Source: Gammaproteobacteria bacterium (GTDB taxonomy: Bacteria; Pseudomonadota; Gammaproteobacteria; JABXHR01). From it: a stretch of 64,000 nucleotides of DNA. The stretch spans positions 20,000 through 83,999 of the forward strand of contig JABXHR010000016.1 in the NCBI GenBank assembly GCA_013373515.1, in the 5' to 3' direction. The position numbers were made by a program, and so were the translations under genes. Within the stretch, counting starts at the first letter, position 1. Each line of letters opens with the position of its first letter. The notes below the pieces were generated by a model that had not been told where the DNA came from, made no database searches, and was given only the letters and a program-made list of their open reading frames with translations. This document shows positions 53,220 to 62,325 of the stretch, in pieces.

Positions 53220-53846
53220 ATGGCAGTGCATGTTGTTGAACATCCGTTGGTTAAACACAAACTCGGTTTGCTGCGCGCAGCGACCCTGAGCACGGCCGGT
53301 TTCCGGCAGCTCACCAGCGAAATCGGTGCACTGCTGACTTACGAAGCCACGGCAAACTTGGCGCTTGAATCTTACGAGCAAGACACCTGGTGTGGTCCGG
53401 CGCAGGCCGAGCGTTTGGCTGGTAAAAAGCTGACGGTGGTTCCCATTTTGCGCGCTGGGCTCGGATTGTTAGATGGCGTGTTGCAACTGTTGCCCAGTGC
53501 GCGAGTTAGTGTCATTGGCCTATATCGAGACGAAACGTCGCTGCAGCCTGTGCCCTATTTTGAAAAAATTGCTGCTGAGATTGAGACTCGACATGCCTTG
53601 GTCGTTGACCCGATGTTGGCGACCGGTGGTTCGATGATTGCGGCAGTCAGTGCCTTAAAAGCCAAGGGCTGTCAAAATATCACGGCATTGGTTCTGGTCG
53701 CCGCACCAGAAGGGGTTGAGGCGATGCAGACCGCTCACCCCGATGTCGATATATTTACCGCCACGATAGACAGCCACCTCAACGAGTATGGGTATATCAT
53801 TCCTGGACTCGGTGATGCGGGGGATCGTTTATTTGGCACACGCTAA
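53220..53846 (+). CDS. upp: Uracil phosphoribosyltransferase
   Basis: [19 protein letters not shown]..., PRPP-binding loop [11 protein letters not shown]; 208 aa. Confidence 0.95.
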   Translation: MAVHVVEHPLVKHKLGLLRAATLSTAGFRQLTSEIGALLTYEATANLALESYEQDTWCGPAQAERLAGKKLTVVPILRAGLGLLDGVLQLLPSARVSVIGLYRDETSLQPVPYFEKIAAEIETRHALVVDPMLATGGSMIAAVSALKAKGCQNITALVLVAAPEGVEAMQTAHPDVDIFTATIDSHLNEYGYIIPGLGDAGDRLFGTR

Positions 53847-53874
53847 CTCTCGCTGCGTTTTTAGACTTAACTTT

Positions 53875-54171
53875 GTGCCAGAGGCCGAAGCCGAGGCCGT
53901 GCGTGACGCGTTGGCAGAATCTGCAATTGACACTTATGAGACGAGTCCTGGACTGCTTCATATCGGTGCTGCGGGGATTTGGGTCGTCGATGGCGAAGAC
54001 TATGACCGCGCGCGGCAGATCGTAGATGAAGTGCAGCAGCGCTGGCGTGATTCAGCCAAGTCACAGCCGGCGAAGAACTGGCGCGATTTGCTGGCGCGAC
54101 CGGGTGAATTGGCCCTTATTATGGTCGCGATTGCCGTGGTGCTCTTAATCTCAATCGCACCGTTTTTTTAG
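53875..54171 (+). CDS. Small (~98 aa) hypothetical protein with C-terminal TM anchor, possibly DUF2007-like. Start codon uncertain (GTG 53875).
   Basis: The ORF-track version begins inside upp. The portion after the upp stop starts with GTG and reads VPEAEAEAVRDALAESAIDTYE...GIWVVDGEDYDRARQIVDEV... followed by a hydrophobic tail. Confidence 0.3.
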   Translation: MPEAEAEAVRDALAESAIDTYETSPGLLHIGAAGIWVVDGEDYDRARQIVDEVQQRWRDSAKSQPAKNWRDLLARPGELALIMVAIAVVLLISIAPFF

Positions 54172-54182
54172 CGAGAATTCAA

Positions 54183-55253
54183 ATGGATAACCTGCCAACC
54201 CTGCACAAACCCGGTACCTCGCCCAGCGGCATCGTTAAGGTCGCGGCGTTGATGGTGATTTTCTATATCACTGGCTTGGTCATGATTCAGGCGCGTGAAA
54301 TCATAGTGCCGTTTTTGACGGCGTTGACGGTCTGGTTTTTGGTGTCCAAAGTGTTGCATTGGGTTGAGGACATGCCGCCTCTGCGGCGTTGGGTGCCAAG
54401 CTGGCTGGCGATGCTCCTCACAATGCTGTTGATTTTGGCTGTTATTTCGGCGGTCGGCGGTTGGATAGCCAGTAGCTTAAGTGGTTTGGTGCCCAAGCTG
54501 CCGCAGTATCAGGCCAACTTAGAGGACATGATTTCCCGAGGCGCGGCAGCGCTCAATGTCACGGCACCAGCAGGGCTCGATACGCTATTTGCCAAAATTG
54601 ATTTGACTGCGGTTGGCACCGGTTTAGCGAATATCTTGGCCAATGTGATGTCCAACGCCTCGATGGTGTTGATCTATGCGCTATTCATCTTTATGGATCA
54701 GGCCAATTTTGGCAAAAAAATCGCCGCCATGTTCCCCGAAGAATCGGCCCGTGAAAGTGTGGTGTTTTCGATCGATAAAATCTCGCATCGCATCGAAAAT
54801 TATCTGTCGATCAAAACCTTTACCAGCGTGCTGACGGCATCGATTTCATATTTGTTTATGTGGTTTATTGGGCTGGATCACGCGCCGGTGTGGGCATTGC
54901 TGATCTTTCTGTTGAACTTTATTCCAACGATCGGCTCGATCGCGGGTGTGGTCTTCCCCGTCGGCATGGCGCTGGTGCAGTTTGGCGATTGGTTTCAGCC
55001 TTTGGTGATGTTGGTGACGGTTGGGTTAACCCAGTTAATTACCTCAAACTACATGGAGCCCAAAATGATGGGTCGCACCATGAACCTTAGCCCGACTGTG
55101 ATCATCGTGGCCATGGTGGTATTTGGTTCAATGTGGGGCGTGATGGGCATGGTGTTGTCGGTGCCCATGCTCGTGATTGCGATTACCGTTCTGGGCGCGT
55201 TTGAGCCCACTCGTTGGTTGGCGATCTTGTTGTCGGAGGACGGCACGGTTTAG
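54183..55253 (+). CDS. AI-2E family transporter (PerM/TqsA-like)
   Basis: 356 aa polytopic protein with AI-2E-like sequence. Confidence 0.8.
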   Translation: MDNLPTLHKPGTSPSGIVKVAALMVIFYITGLVMIQAREIIVPFLTALTVWFLVSKVLHWVEDMPPLRRWVPSWLAMLLTMLLILAVISAVGGWIASSLSGLVPKLPQYQANLEDMISRGAAALNVTAPAGLDTLFAKIDLTAVGTGLANILANVMSNASMVLIYALFIFMDQANFGKKIAAMFPEESARESVVFSIDKISHRIENYLSIKTFTSVLTASISYLFMWFIGLDHAPVWALLIFLLNFIPTIGSIAGVVFPVGMALVQFGDWFQPLVMLVTVGLTQLITSNYMEPKMMGRTMNLSPTVIIVAMVVFGSMWGVMGMVLSVPMLVIAITVLGAFEPTRWLAILLSEDGTV

Positions 55254-55263
55254 GCGTGTTGGT

Positions 55264-56265
55264 TTAGTAGTTATCTTGTGCGGCGCTTAAATGGCCGACG
55301 ACTTTTCCTTGAGAATTTTTGATGCTTGGGCGCCACGTTTCGCGCAGTGCGTCTTTATCGAACCAGGGTTCGAGGCCAAGTTTAACCATCACACCCCATA
55401 GCGCCACTTCTGCCGCCCGTGCGGCACCATCGTCAATTTTCAACGCAAGGCCATAACCCAACTCTGGAATGACCGCGGTGTAGTAGCCTTCTGCACCGAT
55501 TTTACCCACCACGCGACCCGCACTGGCAGGCGGCAGTAGGCTGCATAGGCGCTCTTTACCCGCCAGTAGGTAGGGGTTATCAATAATGGCGCCCAAGATT
55601 CTTGCCATGGCTGCTTTACGGGAGGGGCTTTGGTCTGCATTGGGTGAAAACTGCGCCATGGCGTAAGCCATTTTATCCATGGGCAGACTGAGTGCAGGGA
55701 GGCCGCAGCCATCGTAGTCCCAATCCAGCGTTCGACTATCGAGACCGGTGAGCTCGTCGAGTACTTTGAACCAGTAATTTTGGATTGGGTGTTCGTATTG
55801 GCTATAGCCTTCCACAGGAATATCGAGGTGCTGACACACCGATAGCAACCCGCAATGTTTGCCAGAGCAATTATGAATGACTTTGCGTGCTTGGCCTTGA
55901 TTGGCTGCCCATTCACACAGTGTGTCTTGGTGAGAAGGCCAAGCGGCGCCACACTCTAGGTGCGACTCATATAGACCGATGTCACGTAGCCAAGCCTCTG
56001 AGGTGTGGTGATGGACTTCTTCGCCGTTGTGCGAGGCGCAAGCTAGGGCGATTTGGTGCGCGCCTATATTGAGCGCATCAGCAGCGCCGGTTTCGATCAG
56101 CGGTAAAGCTTGAATGAGTTTGAGCGACGAGCGCGGAAATACAGCGCGTGTCGAATCTCCAGCCGACGCAATCGTGTGGCCGCAGTGGTCCACCACGACA
56201 AAACTGCCGCGATGCACGCTTTCGACAACATTGCCGCGATAAACATTGACTAAGATTGGATTCAT
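55264..56265 (-). CDS. Asparaginase_II (thermolabile L-asparaginase, PF06089-like) family protein
   Basis: 333 aa; MNPILVNVYRGNVVESVHRGSFVVVD... resembles the Rhizobium-type asparaginase II family. Confidence 0.5.
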   Translation of the reverse strand: MNPILVNVYRGNVVESVHRGSFVVVDHCGHTIASAGDSTRAVFPRSSLKLIQALPLIETGAADALNIGAHQIALACASHNGEEVHHHTSEAWLRDIGLYESHLECGAAWPSHQDTLCEWAANQGQARKVIHNCSGKHCGLLSVCQHLDIPVEGYSQYEHPIQNYWFKVLDELTGLDSRTLDWDYDGCGLPALSLPMDKMAYAMAQFSPNADQSPSRKAAMARILGAIIDNPYLLAGKERLCSLLPPASAGRVVGKIGAEGYYTAVIPELGYGLALKIDDGAARAAEVALWGVMVKLGLEPWFDKDALRETWRPSIKNSQGKVVGHLSAAQDNY

Positions 56266-56294
56266 ATCGCCCCTAATGTGAGCAATGGATTGAG

Positions 56295-56930
56295 TTAGTG
56301 GCGAAGGATGGTCGCCGTGCTCACGCTAATGGCCGCCAGTGCGCTAATCGCCAAATCTAGTTCGCGTCGGGTGGCATTGCGTTCACGGTGAACATCACGA
56401 AGTTGCTGGTTGGTATGGTTACGTGCTTTGGCCAAAGATTCAAGCTGTTCTATAGGTAATTTTCCTTGCTGAATAAGTAAGGTCAGTCGTCGGCTTTCTC
56501 GACGTAACTTGTCGCGCTGATTCTCTAAACGTTCTAGAGACTGTTTTAAGTCAGTCACTTTGCGCTGCGCATCGTGTAGGCGCTTAGCGGGATTGTAGGT
56601 GCTTAAAAAGCGACTTTCGGCCGGACAAATGCCTCGGTAGTTGTTGCCTTTACTGCCTTCGGACCATCCATTTTCGGCGGTGCAATAGTTTTGCAGACCA
56701 ACGGTATAGCCAGTTTGATATTGAGCAGGATCGACGGTAATGCCGTAATCATCACAAGCATTTTGATGGTCAGCCATTCTTAATGCAGGGTAGCCCGATT
56801 GGGCGTCATATTGGCCAATGGTTGTCCAATCTTGAGCTTTGCACTGTGATTCACTTAAAGTGGCGCATCCGCTCATGGTAAACAAGCAGAGGATGAAACT
56901 AAATTTTAAGGATGGTTGTATAGGTTTCAT
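56295..56930 (-). CDS. DUF2799 family lipoprotein with C-terminal coiled coil
   Basis: Signal plus lipobox FTMSGC. Conserved C..DW..IG..DG..G and YCT..NG...G..G..Y.G.CP patterns. Coiled-coil tail. Confidence 0.55.
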   Translation of the reverse strand: MKPIQPSLKFSFILCLFTMSGCATLSESQCKAQDWTTIGQYDAQSGYPALRMADHQNACDDYGITVDPAQYQTGYTVGLQNYCTAENGWSEGSKGNNYRGICPAESRFLSTYNPAKRLHDAQRKVTDLKQSLERLENQRDKLRRESRRLTLLIQQGKLPIEQLESLAKARNHTNQQLRDVHRERNATRRELDLAISALAAISVSTATILRH

Positions 56931-57053
56931 GGCGCGATCTTCCCACGACATAGGCGGCAATTCGCTGAATGTCGCTCGTCTCTCAATATTGGACTAACTC
57001 ACACTGTAATTATGAGTAACCCGCTTATCTTAGGGCTGCAATCAAGGATAACG

Positions 57054-58415
57054 ATGATGAAAAATACGCTTTTTCGCACGGCGATAACCTTAGTTTTTGG
57101 TCTGTCAGTGACATTGGCAAACGCGGCTGAGCCAATTGTTCAGGTACCACCAAAGCCACCGATTAGTGCTGATCAAGAGGCATGGTTGGATCAAATTCGC
57201 TCACAAATCAACAATATTAATACTGAGCAATTGGTGGCTCAATTGGCAGAGGACCCAATGACCTATGTGGTCGATGTGCGCTCGGTCGATGAAATCACGC
57301 GATTGGGCGGTCAGATTAAAGCGCCACGACGGTTTGTGGTCGAGCGGGGCTGGCTGGACATAAGGGCAGATTTGATCTTCCCGAATAAAGATGTACCGAT
57401 TGTGGTCTATTGCGGTGTCAACCAGCGCAGCCCATTGGCAGCCAAGGCGTTAATGGATCTTGGTTACACCAACGTGATGAACTATACGGATGGTTATTTT
57501 GAGTGGGCCAATTCGGGGCATCCCATTGAGCAAGCCGACGCAGATCTAGAGAGCTTTTTGTACCGACGCCCAATGAAGGTGGCTGACAATGTCTACTCGG
57601 CGATTGGTGCCACTCAGCCCGGCACCTACGCCAACAGTGGCCATAACAATAATCTTTCCTTTGTCATCACCAACGATGGTGTTCTGGTGATGAATTCTGG
57701 CGACAATTATCTGCTCGCTCAGGCTTTGCACGACGAGATCAAGTTGCTCACGGATCAACCAGTAAAATACGTGGTACTCGAGAATGCACAGGGCCACGCC
57801 ATGCTGGGCTCCAAATACTGGAAAGAGCAAGGCGCCGAAATTATTGCCCATGTCGATGCGGTTGATGAAATCGACTCTCACGGTGAAGCCATTCTCAATC
57901 GGATGAAAAATCGAGCCCATGAAAAGGCATATCGTACAGAGGTGGTGTTGCCGGATATTTCGTTTGAGGACGAGTATATTTTACAAATGGGCGATACCAC
58001 TATCGAAGTTCGTCACTATGGCCCTGCCCACAGCCCAGGTGATATTTCTGTTTGGCTACCCGCACAAAAATTAATGATTTCCGGTGATGCGATGTTTAAT
58101 GAGCGCATGCTGCCAATCTTTGATGACACTGACACAGCGGGATGGCTGGAGACTTGGGAAGTATTTGAAGCGCTCGCGCCTGAGGTCATTATTCCAGGGC
58201 ATGGCCATCCCACAGACATGGCAACGGTTCGTCGATTTACCCGTGACTATTTGGCGTATATGCGTGATGAAATTGCAGCCATTCTCGACGAGGGAGGAAG
58301 CTTGGACGACGCAGTCGAAATCAATCAGAGTCAGTTTGTAACATTCGATACCTACGACGAGCTTCATCGTGTCAATGCAGCACGGATATTTCAAATGATG
58401 GAATTTGAGTTTTAG
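57054..58415 (+). CDS. Periplasmic fusion protein: rhodanese domain (catalytic Cys present) plus a metallo-beta-lactamase-fold domain with a degenerate metal-binding motif
   Basis: Signal peptide MMKNTLFRTAITLVFGLSVTLANA. Rhodanese active-site loop VYCGVNQRS. MBL-like region has ENAQGH in place of HxHxDH, but retains a His (HYGPAH), an Asp (SGD) and a His (IIPGHGH). Confidence 0.65.
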   Translation: MMKNTLFRTAITLVFGLSVTLANAAEPIVQVPPKPPISADQEAWLDQIRSQINNINTEQLVAQLAEDPMTYVVDVRSVDEITRLGGQIKAPRRFVVERGWLDIRADLIFPNKDVPIVVYCGVNQRSPLAAKALMDLGYTNVMNYTDGYFEWANSGHPIEQADADLESFLYRRPMKVADNVYSAIGATQPGTYANSGHNNNLSFVITNDGVLVMNSGDNYLLAQALHDEIKLLTDQPVKYVVLENAQGHAMLGSKYWKEQGAEIIAHVDAVDEIDSHGEAILNRMKNRAHEKAYRTEVVLPDISFEDEYILQMGDTTIEVRHYGPAHSPGDISVWLPAQKLMISGDAMFNERMLPIFDDTDTAGWLETWEVFEALAPEVIIPGHGHPTDMATVRRFTRDYLAYMRDEIAAILDEGGSLDDAVEINQSQFVTFDTYDELHRVNAARIFQMMEFEF

Positions 58416-58564
58416 CGATTTTGGCGCCGGCTTCTTTAAAGGTCGGCTAGGCCACCTTGCTTGGCGCGTGCATTTCGGCACCGGAAAGCTTGTAGCGCTT
58501 ATTCATCTTGCTTTAGGCAGAGTTTGTTAGGCTACCGCAATCAATCGTTGCTGGAGCCTATGGA

Positions 58565-59014
58565 ATGAAACTCACGCATATTCCGCCTGTTGCCGTGGCC
58601 CTCGTCTTAATGGTCATGGTGGTTGTCACACGAACTTTCGATGTGTTTGCGGTCGACGGTGGGGTGGCCAGTTTTTGTCTGATCTTTGGTGTGATCGCCG
58701 CGCTATTTGGCTTCTCCGCGCTGTGTGAATTTCGACACCGCAAAACGACGGTTAATCCAATCGATGTTAATCGCGCCAGTGCACTCGTTGACACTGGCGT
58801 GTTCGGTTTGACCCGCAATCCCATGTATGTGGCGATTGTATTGGCACTCGCGTCCTGGACCGCAGGGCTCGGCAGCTTGCTGGGATTCGTGTGGGTGTTG
58901 GCGCTCTATTTCTGGTTAGACCGTGTGCAGATTCCGCGCGAAGAAGCCGCGCTGACAGAGCTGTTCGGTGATGATTATGTGGCTTACCAGACGCGGGTGG
59001 CGCGTTGGTTTTAA
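58565..59014 (+). CDS. Isoprenylcysteine carboxyl methyltransferase (ICMT/PEMT) family membrane methyltransferase
   Basis: 149 aa. C-terminal ...GVFGLTRNPMYVAIVLALASW...EEAALTELFGDDYVAYQTRVARWF, characteristic of the ICMT/PEMT family. Confidence 0.7.
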   Translation: MKLTHIPPVAVALVLMVMVVVTRTFDVFAVDGGVASFCLIFGVIAALFGFSALCEFRHRKTTVNPIDVNRASALVDTGVFGLTRNPMYVAIVLALASWTAGLGSLLGFVWVLALYFWLDRVQIPREEAALTELFGDDYVAYQTRVARWF

Positions 59015-59034
59015 TCCAACGCGCTCATAATGCC

Positions 59035-60621
59035 TTAGTGCCCCGCAGGTGCTTCCTGGCCCTGATAGTCGACCGCTAGTCCATAGACTGGGTCGTCGTA
59101 TTCCTCCATCAACACCATTTTGCCTTTCTTATCGAGCAATGCTCGGCAATCTGCGCTGAGGTGGCGTAAGACCAGTGTTTTGCCCGCACGGTCGTATTTC
59201 TCGGCCAAGGTTTCGATGGCTTCGATACCCGAGTGATCCCAAACCCGTGCATTGAAGAAATCGACTTCGGTGACATCTGGGTCTTCATTCGGCGTGAAGA
59301 AATAATGAAATTCAGACGCAGATCCGAAAAACAAATGGCCGTTGATCTTGTAGTGCTTGCCATCGCTGTCAACATGTGAGCTGACGTTCAGGTGTTTGGC
59401 CATTTCCCACGAATACACCAACGCCGACACAATCACGCCCACGATAACCGCGACCGCCAAGTCAGAGATCACGGTGACCCCAGAGACCAAAATCAGCACA
59501 AAGGCGTCTTTGAGTGGGATCTGGCGGATGATGTTGAAGCTTGACCAAGCAAAGGTGCCAATGACGACCATAAACATCACGCCCACCAGTGCAGCGATGG
59601 GAATTTGCTCGATCAGTGAGGATGCAAACAAGATAAAGCTCAACAGGAACAGCGCTGCGGCAATACCGGCTGTGCGCCCACGGCCGCCGGAGGAGACATT
59701 GATCATGGTCTGTCCGATCATCGCGCAGCCACCCATTGTGCCGAAGAAGCCACTAACGACGTTTGCCGCGCCTTGGGCCAAACACTCACGACTGGCGCCG
59801 CCGCGTTTGTCGAGCATGTCATTCACTAGGTTGAGTGTGAGCAACGATTCGATTAATCCGACCGCGGCCAAGATCAGCGCATAGGGGAAAATGATGGTCA
59901 ATGTTTCAAAGTTCATTGGTACATCGGGAATGATAAAGGTTGGCAACCCAGCAGACAGAGACGCCATATCACCCACAGTTCGGGTATCAATGTCTAGGAC
60001 AATGGCCAGAATGGAGACCACCACAATGGCTAGCAACGGCCCCGGAATGGCTTTAGTAAGCTTAGGTGTCACCCAAATCAGTGCCATGGTTAGACCGATC
60101 AGACCGAGCATGCCGTACATCGCCATGCCACTGAGCCAAACCGTATCGCCGTTGGGGAGGGTTTCTTTGAACTGGCTCATCTGTGCCAGAAAAATAACAA
60201 TGGCAAGCCCGTTTACAAAACCAAGCATCACTGGGTGCGGCACCATGCGAATTAGTTTACCTAGCCGGAATATGCCAGCGAGTAGTTGCAATATGCCCAT
60301 CAAAACGACAGTCGCAAACAGATATTGCACACCGTGCTCAACGACAAGTGCGGTCATCACCACGGCCAATGCGCCTGTGGCGCCGGAAATCATGCCGGGG
60401 CGACCGCCGAAGATGGCGGTAATTAAGCCTACAAAAAAGGCGGCATAAAGGCCGACCAGCGGATCCACTTGTGCGACGAAGGCAAAGGCAATTGCTTCGG
60501 GCACCAGTGCCAGTGCGACGGTGAGCCCCGACAGGGTGTCGATTCGCATTTGGCCGAGGTCGGGAGAACTTAAATTAGAGGGTGCAATGGACTTTGCAAA
60601 AGAGCTTAAAGTTGCGCGCAA
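59035..60621 (-). CDS. SulP family inorganic anion transporter with C-terminal STAS domain
   Basis: Polytopic SulP core plus a STAS-like tail (...KINGHLFFGSASEF...). Confidence 0.85.
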   Translation of the reverse strand: MRATLSSFAKSIAPSNLSSPDLGQMRIDTLSGLTVALALVPEAIAFAFVAQVDPLVGLYAAFFVGLITAIFGGRPGMISGATGALAVVMTALVVEHGVQYLFATVVLMGILQLLAGIFRLGKLIRMVPHPVMLGFVNGLAIVIFLAQMSQFKETLPNGDTVWLSGMAMYGMLGLIGLTMALIWVTPKLTKAIPGPLLAIVVVSILAIVLDIDTRTVGDMASLSAGLPTFIIPDVPMNFETLTIIFPYALILAAVGLIESLLTLNLVNDMLDKRGGASRECLAQGAANVVSGFFGTMGGCAMIGQTMINVSSGGRGRTAGIAAALFLLSFILFASSLIEQIPIAALVGVMFMVVIGTFAWSSFNIIRQIPLKDAFVLILVSGVTVISDLAVAVIVGVIVSALVYSWEMAKHLNVSSHVDSDGKHYKINGHLFFGSASEFHYFFTPNEDPDVTEVDFFNARVWDHSGIEAIETLAEKYDRAGKTLVLRHLSADCRALLDKKGKMVLMEEYDDPVYGLAVDYQGQEAPAGH

Positions 60622-60709
60622 AACAATTTTTGGGTTTGAATGAATACTAATCTTAAGCGTTTTTGCAATTTTTTTCTGATTGGTTTGTCAGGCCGGTAGG
60701 GAGATCTAT

Positions 60710-61495
60710 ATGCGCGAGTTAATGATGTTGATGTGTTTGTTGAGTCCACCGAGCATGGCTGCGCTCGATACCGTGTACCCAGATTGGTTTTATCCAAGCT
60801 TTTTGGAGCTAGACGACGATGCCTTAATTGCAGGTGATGAAGACAAGTCGCTCATGCTGTTCGTGATGCAATCCGAATGTCCTTACTGTCATGAGATGGT
60901 GCAAACGACCTTCGCGGACCCATCGGTACGTGAGCATATCGAGGCACAATTCTTAGTGGTTCAAATTGATATGTTCGGTAGCCGAGAGGTAATGGTCGGT
61001 GGCCAATCAATGACAGAAACAGAGTTTGCGAAGCGCTTGGGAATTCAGTTTACCCCGACCTTGCTGGTGTTTGATGCCGCGCTGAATTTAACCCAGCGCA
61101 TTGATGGCTTTCTAGCGCCAGAAGCGTTTCTGGATCGCTTGTCAAAGCCCGTGGTGGCCGTGCAGCGCGAGAACTCGGTGCTGTATATCAACTGGCCGAG
61201 GGAGTGCAATGAAGCCTGTCAAAGGCTCAAAGCGATCAGATCGAGTGTCGATGAGTTGACGATTGTGGAGCGCAATTCCAACTTGGAGCCTTGGCCGAGT
61301 TTGTACTTCGCGGATGACGTTCAAGGTGAGCTGGTCAACACCAATGCCATGTTTAAGCCGCTGCACTTTCGCGCCATTTTGTCTTGGTTGTCGACGAAGG
61401 CATATCGCGACGAACCCGAGTTTCAACGGTATCTCAATCGCTACGCTGATGTACTCAGAGACAGTGGCGAAATCGTCGAAGTTTGGGCAGACTAA
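60710..61495 (+). CDS. Periplasmic thioredoxin-fold protein with CPYC active site and an additional C-terminal domain
   Basis: Signal peptide MRELMMLMCLLSPPSMAA and a SECPYCHEM redox motif. RBS GGGAG upstream of ATG 60710. Confidence 0.6.
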   Translation: MRELMMLMCLLSPPSMAALDTVYPDWFYPSFLELDDDALIAGDEDKSLMLFVMQSECPYCHEMVQTTFADPSVREHIEAQFLVVQIDMFGSREVMVGGQSMTETEFAKRLGIQFTPTLLVFDAALNLTQRIDGFLAPEAFLDRLSKPVVAVQRENSVLYINWPRECNEACQRLKAIRSSVDELTIVERNSNLEPWPSLYFADDVQGELVNTNAMFKPLHFRAILSWLSTKAYRDEPEFQRYLNRYADVLRDSGEIVEVWAD

Positions 61496-61507
61496 GCCAA
61501 TCATTAC

Positions 61508-62023
61508 TTGAAAAGTCCCAGCGAATATATGCCGGATCACTCGTCTATCGCAACAGTGCTCAGTAAATTGCTGCCATTGGTGTCTAGGGTATCAACCAGC
61601 ATTCGCAATTTAATGTTGCTCATCCTGGTTTCGGTTGGCGCATTGATCGCTGTTGCGGGCCTCATATTTGATTGGAGCGCAATTTGGTTGTTGGCGGTGG
61701 GCGCTATTTTACTGCTGCCGCTTGTTGTGTTGGCTTGGTTTTGGTGGGCGCTTTGTGACATTCAACAGCTGCCCGAGACACTCACCGATATTCAAACTGA
61801 AGTCCGTTTGGCCAAACAGCCCAAGCCCCAGAGCGGTAGCATCTTGCGGCAACTGTTTGATATGCGAGGGCTTTTGCTTGGCGCTGCTGAAGTGACCGGC
61901 CAGTATTTCTCTATTGCACCGCTTATTAATCCCATAGTGTTGGGTTTGCTGCTGCTGTCATGGGTGGTTGGTTGGATCACGGTGGTGGTATCTGTGGTGA
62001 TCTTGTTGGTCGTTTTTGTATAG
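61508..62023 (+). CDS. Hypothetical polytopic inner-membrane protein (about 4 TM), likely co-transcribed with the CPYC protein
   Basis: Begins 12 nt after the upstream gene. Highly hydrophobic segments. Confidence 0.5.
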   Translation: MKSPSEYMPDHSSIATVLSKLLPLVSRVSTSIRNLMLLILVSVGALIAVAGLIFDWSAIWLLAVGAILLLPLVVLAWFWWALCDIQQLPETLTDIQTEVRLAKQPKPQSGSILRQLFDMRGLLLGAAEVTGQYFSIAPLINPIVLGLLLLSWVVGWITVVVSVVILLVVFV

Positions 62024-62325
62024 CGTGCTAGTGACATCTAGCACTTGCTGATATCTCTCTTCCTACCCAATGGCTTGGCGTCAACTCAAAGTGGTTTTGT
62101 TTTAACCGTTTGATTGCTCGTTCGCAAAACCCAAAAAATTACTCCCCGGAAAGTTAATCAAATTCAGCTTAGGTTACGTACCTTTCTGCCTAGTGTGATT
62201 TGTTAAAAATATTCGCTAATTTGTTGAAATAAATAATTTTATGTCCTAAACCTTAGTGGCGGCTCAGAGAAGATCTGCTCGAAAGATCGACTGACCGCAC
62301 GCATATTTTGGTGGGGGAACACATT

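Noticed and set aside
53788-53874. ATG-initiated start of the small ORF overlapping the 3' end of upp
   Set aside because: The overlap lies inside the conserved Upp C-terminus in another frame. A GTG after the upp stop gives a cleaner, non-overlapping gene, though even that is low confidence.
56916-57053. Upstream in-frame extension of the rhodanese-MBL ORF (MYRFHGAIFPRHRR...)
   Set aside because: It overlaps the divergent DUF2799 gene start. An internal ATG (57054) has a good RBS (AAGGA) and starts a canonical signal peptide, so the shorter exported form is far more plausible.
58416-58564. GC-rich palindromic fragments (GCCGGC, CCGG) between the rhodanese-MBL and ICMT genes as a possible REP element or terminator
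   Set aside because: No extended stem-loop with a T-tract and no repeated copies elsewhere in the window.
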